A stretch of DNA of 32,000 nt from Candidatus Omnitrophota bacterium (GTDB taxonomy: Bacteria > Omnitrophota > Gorgyraeia > 2-01-FULL-45-10), in contig JAMWCX010000004.1 in assembly GCA_023818895.1 (NCBI GenBank), forward strand, positions 1 to 32,000, in the 5' to 3' direction. Each line of letters starts with the position of its first letter. Position 1 is the first letter of the stretch. The translations under genes and the position numbers were made by a program. The notes under the pieces were generated by a model, which was not told the origin of the DNA, did not search any database, and was given only the letters and a program-made list of their open reading frames with translations. Of the stretch, positions 1-7,536 are shown piece after piece.

Positions 1-399
1 TGGCTCCCCCGCGAGGACTCGAACCTCGGACACTCTGGTTAACAGCCAGATGCTCTCGATTCTGTTACCACCCGTATAATCGGGCGAGCCGGTCATTTCT
101 GCCGGCTTCTCCTGTTTCACTGCGGTTATATCAGGAGTCCGGACTATCGCATGACCCTTTCGGGCCTCCCGTCGTTTAGTCTCTCACGCCGCGTATAAGG
201 ACGCTTGCGCCTTGTTACCCACCGCTGGGCTTCCAAGTCAATTAGACGGAATTTAAAGTCGGCGGTGATGCTTCCTCCTCCTCCCTCCAACTCGCTGACA
301 ATGGCAGGGCTTCGGGGGATTAATTCGGCCTTATGACTTGCGCTCCAAAAGATCGCGTAATTCATGGCCTCATTGAACTACCGACTGAGCTACAGGGGA
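1..399 (-). tRNA. tRNA-Asn(GUU), split gene: exon 1 = 399..380, exon 2 = 56..1, interrupted in the D-loop
   Basis: Minus strand reads TCCCCTG-TA-GCTC-AGTCGGT (399..380) and AGAGC-A-TCTGG-CTGTTAA-CCAGA-GTGTC-CGAGG-TTCGAGT-CCTCG-CGGGGGA-G-CCA (56..1). The joined exons give a 76-nt cloverleaf: 7-bp acceptor stem with one U-G pair, D stem GCTC/GAGC, anticodon GTT, canonical T-loop and an encoded CCA. The layout matches the E. coli tRNA-Asn pattern (5' U, discriminator G). Confidence 0.85.
57..379 (-). ncRNA. Group I intron (323 nt) inserted between tRNA positions 20 and 21 (D-loop)
   Basis: The 5' exon ends in U (380) and the insertion ends in G (57). The core matches the group I R/S consensus: GAGACTAAACGACGG (about 183..169) and GCGATAGTCCGG (about 150..139). 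Helices found by eye: P3 TTCCGTC (251..245) / GACGGGA (173..167); P7 GACTA (181..177) / TAGTC (146..142); P8 GGCCC-GAAA-GGGTC (166..153); P9 CTCCTG (137..132) / CAGGAG (114..109); two further 3' hairpins (107..87 and 86..69). I could not resolve P4-P6 confidently by eye. Confidence 0.75.
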
Positions 400-434
400 A
401 CGAATATTTTTAAAGAGCAAAATTTAGCGATAAA

Positions 435-463
435 ATAATAGCACATCGAAGCCGCCTTATCAA
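435..463 (-). promoter_or_regulatory. Sigma70-like promoter for the tRNA gene
   Basis: Minus strand TTGATA (463..458), 17-nt spacer, TATTAT (440..435). It lies about 35 nt upstream of tRNA position 1. Confidence 0.4.
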
Positions 464-478
464 CCATTTTTGTCCTGA

Positions 479-2323
479 CTATTCCTCCTGCGTCATGCCC
501 TCTTTATAGATACAAACCCGGTTCTTTCCTTCGCGCTTGGCGTTATATAAAGCGGTGTCGGCCTTCTCGACAAGCTCGTCTTTGGTTTTTTCTTTCGTGT
601 ATTCGACAACACCTATGCTAAGACTCGTGGAATATAATTCATTCTTGAATTTAAACTTTTTTGCCTCGACAGCGGCGCGTATCTTTTCCGCGACATCCGC
701 CGCGTCCTTTATCTTCGCGCCGGTTAGCATGACTATGAATTCCTCTCCGCCGTATCTGCCAACAACGTCCACCTGCCTGCACTTTGACTGGATTATATGA
801 GCGACTTCTTTGAGAACAAGATCGCCGGCCTGATGGCCATAGGTATCATTAAGCTTTTTGAAATTGTCGAGATCCGCCATCATCAACGAAAGGTTTCTGA
901 ATTTATATACGGCCGCGTTCCTGAACTCGGCCTCGAGAAGCAGGTTAAAATGCCTGATATTGTAAAGATGGGTAAGTCCGTCGCGCGTTGCCTGCCGTAA
1001 TAGTCTTGTCCTTTCCACCGACTGCAATATTTGGGCGTAAGACGCCGTGACAACGTAGGCCATCATTATGCCGAAGATGGGATAGAATGTCACGATTATC
1101 GTTTTGAATAAAATAAATATGGCGACCGAAAAGGCCAGATAGGATACTATACCAAGTATCGCGAAAATTATCCCACTGAGGACTCGTAAATTGCATAAAT
1201 AGATTGTCGCTAAAACTGACACGAGTATAACAAGAAAATAGTTTATCACCTGAGGCGCTTCCATCAAAAAATCACTTTTCATCACGCCGTGCACCATCAT
1301 GGCGTTTGTGCCCACAGCCGGATAAGCGTTTTGTATCGGTATGGGTTTTATATCTATAAGACCGGCGGCGGTAAGGCCTATTATGCATATCTTATCCCTG
1401 AATTCATTAAGATCGACGATGGGCTTCTTCCCCTCTCTTATCATGACGTATGATCTTATTACATCAATGAATGAATAATGGTTAAATTCGTTACCCCATC
1501 TGCCCAGCCAGTTCACTATAAGCTGATTGTTCCTGTCTAAAGGGATCCTTCGCAGCTCACCGGTTGGTAACCTGAAAATGATATCATGTTTCTTGGGGTC
1601 GAACAGGATGTCTTCTTCCTTAACTCCTAGAAGGCTAAACCCTATCCTCATCCCGAACTGGTAAGTTATATTACCGCCAAAACCTATTATAGGCGGCACG
1701 CGCCTCAATATACCGTCGGAATCAGGGATGGCGTTTATATGACCGGTTCCTTTTGCCTGGGCCAGGAACCGATCGAGTGGCCTGTGTATAGCGTTAACGC
1801 CTTCCCCTTTGTAAAGGAACTTAAGCCGTTGAACATTCATATCATAGATTGATGGCATATATACGATACCAGACTGCCGCATGGCTTCTTCCAGAACAAG
1901 GTCGTCATTCTCATCTTGCGGTTCGGAAAATATCACATCAAAAGCTATCGCTTTCGGCTTGTATTGCGAGAGTATCTGTATTATTGTGGCATGCCATTTC
2001 CTCGGCCATGGCCATCTGCCGATGGCGTTGACACTGTCTTCGGCCATATCTATAAAGACTATGTCCGACTCTTTGGCTTTCATGTGACGGAGATTGAAGC
2101 GCAGATCGAGCGTTAAAAGCTCCAGTCTTTCCAGCATGTCAAAGTGGTACAGGACAAGGAGAGTAAACGTTACGACGAAGGCCAGCAGCCACCCTACGCC
2201 GCGCTTATGTTTGATGGCCTCCTGATAAAGAAGATTATATATCCTTTTCAGTGACGAAAAGATCATATTGTATTTAATAAGCATACATAACGGCTTATCT
2301 TTTGTCAAGACTGGTATCCCCAT
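479..2323 (-). CDS. CHASE2 sensor domain / transmembrane / GGDEF diguanylate cyclase
   Basis: 614-aa ORF. The N-terminal extracytoplasmic region carries a CHASE2-type signature (DIVFIDMAEDSVNAIGRWPWPRKWHA...FDVIFSEP). A block of TM helices follows, then a C-terminal GGDEF domain (RYGGEEFIVML, DLDNFKKLNDTYGH). The start codon could be a downstream Met. Confidence 0.9.
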   Translation of the reverse strand: MGIPVLTKDKPLCMLIKYNMIFSSLKRIYNLLYQEAIKHKRGVGWLLAFVVTFTLLVLYHFDMLERLELLTLDLRFNLRHMKAKESDIVFIDMAEDSVNAIGRWPWPRKWHATIIQILSQYKPKAIAFDVIFSEPQDENDDLVLEEAMRQSGIVYMPSIYDMNVQRLKFLYKGEGVNAIHRPLDRFLAQAKGTGHINAIPDSDGILRRVPPIIGFGGNITYQFGMRIGFSLLGVKEEDILFDPKKHDIIFRLPTGELRRIPLDRNNQLIVNWLGRWGNEFNHYSFIDVIRSYVMIREGKKPIVDLNEFRDKICIIGLTAAGLIDIKPIPIQNAYPAVGTNAMMVHGVMKSDFLMEAPQVINYFLVILVSVLATIYLCNLRVLSGIIFAILGIVSYLAFSVAIFILFKTIIVTFYPIFGIMMAYVVTASYAQILQSVERTRLLRQATRDGLTHLYNIRHFNLLLEAEFRNAAVYKFRNLSLMMADLDNFKKLNDTYGHQAGDLVLKEVAHIIQSKCRQVDVVGRYGGEEFIVMLTGAKIKDAADVAEKIRAAVEAKKFKFKNELYSTSLSIGVVEYTKEKTKDELVEKADTALYNAKREGKNRVCIYKEGMTQEE

Positions 2324-2332
2324 AAATTATAA

Positions 2333-2361
2333 TTGCCTGGTCATGTTTAAGAGAATATAAT
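2333..2361 (+). promoter_or_regulatory. Sigma70-like promoter immediately upstream of the 2372 ATG
   Basis: TTGCCT (2333..2338), 17-nt spacer, TATAAT (2356..2361). Only 10 nt separate the -10 box from the ATG, and there is no Shine-Dalgarno motif. Confidence 0.45.
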
Positions 2362-2371
2362 ATCCTTCTGC

Positions 2372-3067
2372 ATGGCAAAGAAAAAGATATCTATAGACTG
2401 GAAGTGGGTCAAAAAAGAACTTTTGCGAAAAGAAAGAATACGCCCGGGCACTGCCATCTCTAAAGCGGCTGAAGAATACCTTAAAAAAGCCAGAAGGCTG
2501 GCCAGGCCCATAGCGATATCTACCGAAAAGAGTTTAACAATCTCATGCGTCGGAAATATCAGGGTGGCGGGCCATTCTGCCTTGAATAGCAGACAGCTTT
2601 CTTCATATCTGAAGGGCGCAAATAAAGTTCATATATTTCTTGTAACCATAGGAGGCTTGATTGAAAAAGCCGCAAGCCGCAGCATGAAAATCGGCGACTA
2701 TCTCGGGGGATATCTTCTTGACAGAATAGGGTCGCTCGCCGTGGAGTCGCTTGCAAAAAATTTTGAGGATGATCTGCGGGCGTCTTGCGCCGCCAAAGAA
2801 GCAAGCGTATCCATCCGCATGAGCCCCGGTTACTGCGACTGGCCTATTGAAGAGCAGTTTAAACTCGCAAAACTTCTGAAGTTCTCGCGAGCGGGAGTGC
2901 GTCTTAACGAAAGCTGCATGATGATTCCGCGAAAATCCATATCTGCCATTGTGGGCGTGGGCCCTAAAGGACTTTTTCGGTATAGAAAGTCGCCGTGTGC
3001 GGCCTGCGCAAAAAAGACATGCGATTACCGAAGGCCGTCCCACTTGCCGCAACGGGAATTAAGATGA
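2372..3067 (+). CDS. Stand-alone methionine synthase activation-domain-like protein (Met_synt_B12-like)
   Basis: 231-aa ORF and the only plus-strand gene. The motif block SPGYCDWPIEEQFKLAKLL...GVRLNESCMMIPRKSISAIVGVG resembles the MetH reactivation domain family. The C-terminus has a CAACAKKTC cysteine cluster. Assignment is from recalled family signatures only. Confidence 0.6.
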   Translation: MAKKKISIDWKWVKKELLRKERIRPGTAISKAAEEYLKKARRLARPIAISTEKSLTISCVGNIRVAGHSALNSRQLSSYLKGANKVHIFLVTIGGLIEKAASRSMKIGDYLGGYLLDRIGSLAVESLAKNFEDDLRASCAAKEASVSIRMSPGYCDWPIEEQFKLAKLLKFSRAGVRLNESCMMIPRKSISAIVGVGPKGLFRYRKSPCAACAKKTCDYRRPSHLPQRELR

Positions 3068-3978
3068 CCGCAGGCCTCACCGTTCGTGTAAAACCTAGCA
3101 ATCTCGCAATGGTTTGAGCAATCTTCGCACACAAAAGATTCCGATCTAAGTTCACCGTCCACACAATCGAGTCCCAAAAATTTAGTCTTTTTGATTTCCG
3201 CCTTCAGAGCAAGCAGCGCTGCGCCTATGCAACCTGTTATTTTGTGTTCTTCTGGCACGATGACAGCGTGGCCCAGCTCCTTTTCAAGCGCCCTCACTAC
3301 CCCGCCGTTCGCCGCCACGCCGCCAACGAAGAGCGTCGGACTTTCAATAGGCCTGTTCCGAGCCACATTATTAATAAAGTTCCTGGCAAGGCCTTCGCAA
3401 AGACCTTTTATTATATCCTCCTTTTTGTAGCCCAGGGCCGCTTTGTGTACCATGTCACTTTCCGAAAATACCGCGCATTTAGCCGAAATAACCACATCTC
3501 TCGTAGACCTGGCCGCATAGTCTCCAAGCTCTTCGACCGGCACTTTTAACCTGTAGGCCTGTGATGAAAGAAAAGATCCTGTTCCGGCGGCGCACAGGTT
3601 ATTCAGGTTATGCCATAGCGGCACGCCGTTCTCAAGAATAATTACCTTCGAATCTTGTCCACCTATTTCTATCACTGAGCGGACATCCGGCCTAAGCTTC
3701 AGAGCAGCCAGCGTCTGCGCAGTAACTTCGTTTCTTACGACATCCGCTCCTATAAGAAGGGATGCCAGCTTTCTGCCGCTGCCTGTAATACCGACTCCGC
3801 TTATTTCAATCCGTTGGGCTTGGCATTGCGTCTTGATGGATCCCATCGCGGTCCTGATAGAATCCGCAAGCGAGCCCCTGCTCTCAAGATATCCGCTTGC
3901 GCAGACACATCCACTCGCATCAAGAACGGCCATCTTGACCGAGATGGACCCCACATCTACTCCCAAAAAATACCTCAA
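3025..3978 (-). CDS. BadF/BadG/BcrA/BcrD-type ATPase (2-hydroxyacyl-CoA dehydratase activase-like)
   Basis: 317-aa ORF. N-terminal FLGVDVGSISVKMAVLD is an ASKHA phosphate-1 motif. CAAGTGSFL matches the cluster-binding helix region of the family. The C-terminus has a Cys-rich tail (CEDCSNHCE...C...C). An ATGA overlap joins it to the upstream gene. Confidence 0.8.
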   Translation of the reverse strand: MRYFLGVDVGSISVKMAVLDASGCVCASGYLESRGSLADSIRTAMGSIKTQCQAQRIEISGVGITGSGRKLASLLIGADVVRNEVTAQTLAALKLRPDVRSVIEIGGQDSKVIILENGVPLWHNLNNLCAAGTGSFLSSQAYRLKVPVEELGDYAARSTRDVVISAKCAVFSESDMVHKAALGYKKEDIIKGLCEGLARNFINNVARNRPIESPTLFVGGVAANGGVVRALEKELGHAVIVPEEHKITGCIGAALLALKAEIKKTKFLGLDCVDGELRSESFVCEDCSNHCEIARFYTNGEACGHLNSRCGKWDGLR

Positions 3979-4724
3979 AGCATCCCCTTTCTCATACGAA
4001 GCATGTCGACGAAAGACTCTATTCTAGTCTTAAAATGGGTTTCAACAGTAGATTCGTCTATGCTGAGGCATATCACTGGCATTCCATAATCCCGGCTTAT
4101 GCTCTCTATCGCTGGTTCTATGATCGTTTCCGGATTGCAAGCGAAGGGTTTTAAGACTATCACGCCATCGTAACCTTCCTGCGCGTACCTTATTATCCTT
4201 ACAAGATTTTCATTAGCGTGTCCGCCGGTCTTTTCGGGGAAATACTCGCGCGCCGCCGCTCTCACCTCAGCAAAGCCCTTTATCCCTAGCAACTCTTTAA
4301 ATACAAGGGCAAAATTACCTGACAGCGATAACCACCTGTCAACGTAAACCCCCATACGATGAAGCATATTCACAATATCCATGTTTATGGTATTATCGTT
4401 GCAAACGTGGATTTCGCCCGCTATTCCTATCCTTATCGGTGAGGCCCTATTTATCTCCTTCTCCTGAGCATCGAGCCTATTCACCTTCAGAAAAAAGGAG
4501 GCGACTTCCTTGGCAATTCTGAAATAAGAAACGCCTCCACTTATCCTCTGAATGTCCGCACAAAGCCGAACTGGATTTCGTACCATAATATTAATCATCT
4601 TGAAATCATACCCCAGATTCTTCAATATCATCTGCTGGGCAGACGCGTAACATCTTAAGATACACCAGCCGGCGGAATTAACCATTATGATCGTATCCGC
4701 GCCACGCTCTAAAGATTCTATCAT
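3975..4724 (-). CDS. Activase-associated DUF2229-type protein, C-terminal 249 aa of a frameshifted gene
   Basis: The ORF as tracked starts at an internal Met. The same frame stays open upstream to 4823 and encodes GDPAPPITKHTIELGTRHSPSDVCYPFKVTLGT, which continues the family pattern (CYPxK). Confidence 0.7.
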   Translation of the reverse strand: MIESLERGADTIIMVNSAGWCILRCYASAQQMILKNLGYDFKMINIMVRNPVRLCADIQRISGGVSYFRIAKEVASFFLKVNRLDAQEKEINRASPIRIGIAGEIHVCNDNTINMDIVNMLHRMGVYVDRWLSLSGNFALVFKELLGIKGFAEVRAAAREYFPEKTGGHANENLVRIIRYAQEGYDGVIVLKPFACNPETIIEPAIESISRDYGMPVICLSIDESTVETHFKTRIESFVDMLRMRKGML

Positions 4725-4801
4725 CGTTCCAAGGGTAACCTTAAAAGGATAGCAGACATCGGAAGGCGAATGCCTGGTTCCGAGCTCGATGGTATGTTTC
4801 G

Positions 4802-4921
4802 TTATCGGAGGGGCGGGATCACCTCAAGACCTATACTCTCCGCCAGCTCGATAAAAAGATTTGTATATTTACCGAAACGGGGAAACGAAACTCTTGGAAT
4901 ACGACCCTTTATCCTTATCAT
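4802..4921 (-). pseudogene. N-terminal 39-codon fragment of the same DUF2229-type gene, in a different frame
   Basis: ATG at 4921 gives MIRIKGRIPRVSFPRFGKYTNLFIELAESIGLEVIPPLR*. This is the typical N-terminus of activase-associated proteins. The frame changes within the C/G run at 4810..4817. The fragment is too short for the 60-aa ORF track. Confidence 0.6.
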
Positions 4922-4967
4922 CTATATCGAATGGAATGTTATGCGCCCGGAATGATGGAGGCGACTT

Positions 4968-5921
4968 TTATATGGATTTGGGCTGTGCTGGAGCAGCTGC
5001 TTGAGAAGCAATATTTTCTTTTCTTAATAACTCTTCCCAGGCCTTGTCGGTCTCCGCCTGTATCTGGTCGAGAAGAGCTTTGTTCTCCGGCCTAAAAAGA
5101 TGCGCAAACCGGCCCTGAAGCTTAAGCCATTCCGCGATGGGTTTTTTCTCCTTAGGCCTTGTCACTTTATACTGGCCATTGGTCACTTCATATAACGGCC
5201 ACGCGCACGTATCCACCGCAAGTCTGCCCATCTCGCATGTAAGCTCAGGCTTATAAGACCAGCCAAGCCTGCAGGGCTGGAAAACATTGATGAATTTCGG
5301 TCCTTCGATCGAGAGAGCCTTTTCGACCTTATTGGTAAGGTCACGCCAGTTGCCTACGACCGCCTGTGCCGCATACGGGATACCGTGGGCCACCATGATC
5401 GCGGTCAAGTCCTTCCGGTACTGCGCTTTTCCTTTCTGTACTTTTCCGACGGGTGCGGTGGTGGTGTCAGCGCCTATCGGAGTTGCGCTCGAGCGCTGCA
5501 CACCGGTATTCATATAAGCCTCGTTGTTATAACAGACGTATAGTATGTTATGCCCTCTCTCCATGGCGCCAGAAAGCGCCTGCAAGCCGATATCGTAAGT
5601 GCCGCCATCTCCGCCAAACGCGATGAAATTCACCTTCTTATCGTACTTCTTCTGCCTCGCCCATGACCTATATAGCGCCTCAACGCCACTTATCGTGGCG
5701 GCCGCATTCTCAAATGCGCTATGTATGAAAGGCACATTCCAGGCTGTGTAGGGGAATATAGTAGATACAACTTCAAGGCAACCCGTAGCGCTTGCGACAA
5801 CGGTATCAGGACCGGCCGCCATTAGAACCTGTCTTGCCACTATCGCGGCGCCGCAACCAGCGCAGGCACGGTGGCCGCCGGTAAATAACTCTTTCCGCTT
5901 TACTACTTCCTTTATATTCAT
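4968..5921 (-). CDS. porB: Pyruvate/2-oxoacid:ferredoxin oxidoreductase beta subunit (TPP-binding)
   Basis: 317-aa ORF. It has GGHRACAGCG near the N-terminus and the TPP motif GGDGGTYDIG...NNEAYMNTG. It is last in a gamma-delta-alpha-beta gene order. Confidence 0.9.
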   Translation of the reverse strand: MNIKEVVKRKELFTGGHRACAGCGAAIVARQVLMAAGPDTVVASATGCLEVVSTIFPYTAWNVPFIHSAFENAAATISGVEALYRSWARQKKYDKKVNFIAFGGDGGTYDIGLQALSGAMERGHNILYVCYNNEAYMNTGVQRSSATPIGADTTTAPVGKVQKGKAQYRKDLTAIMVAHGIPYAAQAVVGNWRDLTNKVEKALSIEGPKFINVFQPCRLGWSYKPELTCEMGRLAVDTCAWPLYEVTNGQYKVTRPKEKKPIAEWLKLQGRFAHLFRPENKALLDQIQAETDKAWEELLRKENIASQAAAPAQPKSI

Positions 5922-5924
5922 CTT

Positions 5925-7103
5925 CTATTCTCTCACGCCTAGATACGAAACCTTAGGCTTCTCTTTTCCGCCTGCAACCTCCGATAGCTCGCTGAAGACT
6001 AAGGCAATATCTTCGGGCCTGATCTCCCTCCCACCCAGGCCGTAGATATAATTAAGCACCGGTTTATTAACACCGATGTCATAAAAGGCCGCTTTTATCT
6101 CAGCGCAAAGAGGGCCTTCATGGCCGTTCATCGAATCAGATCTATCCATTACGGCTATGGCTTTGAGCTTTTTAAGGGCTTCCAATATCTCTTCTTTCGG
6201 AAACGGCCTAAACACCCTCGGCTTGAGAAGCCCTGCCTTGAGTCCCTTCTGTCTTAATTCATCAACAACAACCTTCGTCGTGCCAGCGGTCGATCCCATC
6301 GCCACCAGTGCTATTTCGGCATCATCTAATCGATACTTCTCAAATAGTCCATACGAGCGGCCTGCTATTACGGCAAATTCTTTCGCAACATCAAGGATTA
6401 CAGCTTTAGAAGCCTTGAATCCTTCTATCTGCTGCCTTTTATGCTCGAAATAGTAATCCGTAAGATCAAGCGCGCCTGCTGTTATCGGCTCTTCCAGCTT
6501 TAGAAGATAATCCTTTGGCTTATATTCACCGACAAAATTTTTGACATCCGCGTCATCAAGTATCTCTATACGTTCCATGCCATGGCTTATTATAAACCCG
6601 TCCGTTGTCACAATAACAGGTATGGCTGCCTTCTCTGCTATTTTTACAGCTTGGATCATATTGTCATAAGCTTCCTGGGAGTTTTCGGAAAAGATCTGTA
6701 TCCAACCGGAGTCTCTGACCATCATAGTATCGGAATGATCGCAGTGAATGTTTATTGGGCTTGAAAGCGCCCTGTTGACGACCGCAAGCACAATAGGAAG
6801 TCTTAAGCCGGCGGCAATGTATAACATTTCTGCCATGAGAGCAAGCCCCTGGCTGGAGGTGCCGGTCATCGTTCTGCCCCCTGCCGCGCTCGATCCGATA
6901 CACGCCGACATTGCCGAATGTTCGCTCTCAACCGGCACAAATTCTGTAGAGACAAGGCCATCCGCCACATAACTTGCGAATATTTGAACTATCTCCGTAG
7001 CAGGTGTTATCGGATAGGCCGCAACGACGTCCGGATTTATCTGGCGCATCGCCTCGGCCATCGCTTCGTTGCCAGTTCTTGCTACAATATTACCTTTGGC
7101 CAT
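5925..7103 (-). CDS. porA: Pyruvate/2-oxoacid:ferredoxin oxidoreductase alpha subunit
   Basis: 392-aa ORF. The N-terminus GNEAMAEAMRQINPDVVAAYPITPATEIV is typical of the POR alpha subunit. It lies 3 nt from porB. Confidence 0.9.
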   Translation of the reverse strand: MAKGNIVARTGNEAMAEAMRQINPDVVAAYPITPATEIVQIFASYVADGLVSTEFVPVESEHSAMSACIGSSAAGGRTMTGTSSQGLALMAEMLYIAAGLRLPIVLAVVNRALSSPINIHCDHSDTMMVRDSGWIQIFSENSQEAYDNMIQAVKIAEKAAIPVIVTTDGFIISHGMERIEILDDADVKNFVGEYKPKDYLLKLEEPITAGALDLTDYYFEHKRQQIEGFKASKAVILDVAKEFAVIAGRSYGLFEKYRLDDAEIALVAMGSTAGTTKVVVDELRQKGLKAGLLKPRVFRPFPKEEILEALKKLKAIAVMDRSDSMNGHEGPLCAEIKAAFYDIGVNKPVLNYIYGLGGREIRPEDIALVFSELSEVAGGKEKPKVSYLGVRE

Positions 7104-7104
7104 A

Positions 7105-7431
7105 TTATTTGCAGGTCTCGATCTTGGCTTCCCTCTCGGGCACCATCTTTATCGCCTTGCCCTTAACAGGGCACTCGTGGGCACATATACCGCAGCCCTT
7201 GCAGTAATCATAGTTAAACCCAATGACTTTACCGTCTTTAACTATTACCGCAGAATCTGGGCAGTACACCCAACAAGTCAGGCAGTTTATGCACTTCTCC
7301 GGAATGTGTACAGGACGTTCACTTCTCCAGTCGCCTGTCTTGAACTGCATAGCCGTTCCGCCGCCTATTATAAGGTCGCCTTCCGGCAAGTTCTTCCATC
7401 CGGGCTTAGTTATTTTTTTCTTTTCTGCCAT
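7105..7431 (-). CDS. porD: Pyruvate:ferredoxin oxidoreductase delta subunit (2x[4Fe-4S] ferredoxin-like)
   Basis: 108-aa ORF with two cluster motifs, CINCLTCWVYCP and CKGCGICAHECP. It lies 1 nt from porA. Confidence 0.9.
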   Translation of the reverse strand: MAEKKKITKPGWKNLPEGDLIIGGGTAMQFKTGDWRSERPVHIPEKCINCLTCWVYCPDSAVIVKDGKVIGFNYDYCKGCGICAHECPVKGKAIKMVPEREAKIETCK

Positions 7432-7536
7432 ATTTACTTAACGAATTCGCAACTCGTAATTGCGGGCTTTCAGCGGCCTTGCACAACCAAGGACCGAAGG
7501 GCCCAACCTATTCTTTACTAATTACTCTTTGTTTCC

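Noticed and set aside
271-288. 18-nt polypurine/polypyrimidine tract, considered as an independent regulatory or triplex element
   Set aside because: It lies inside the intron and is most simply a peripheral intron segment. It is mentioned under the intron finding and not called as a separate feature.
144-365. 73-aa ORF inside the tRNA intron, considered as a possible homing endonuclease
   Set aside because: It runs straight through the conserved P3/P7/P8 RNA core. It has no SD and no LAGLIDADG, GIY-YIG, HNH or His-Cys box motif. Its low-complexity composition (EGGGGS comes from the polypurine tract) indicates a chance ORF.
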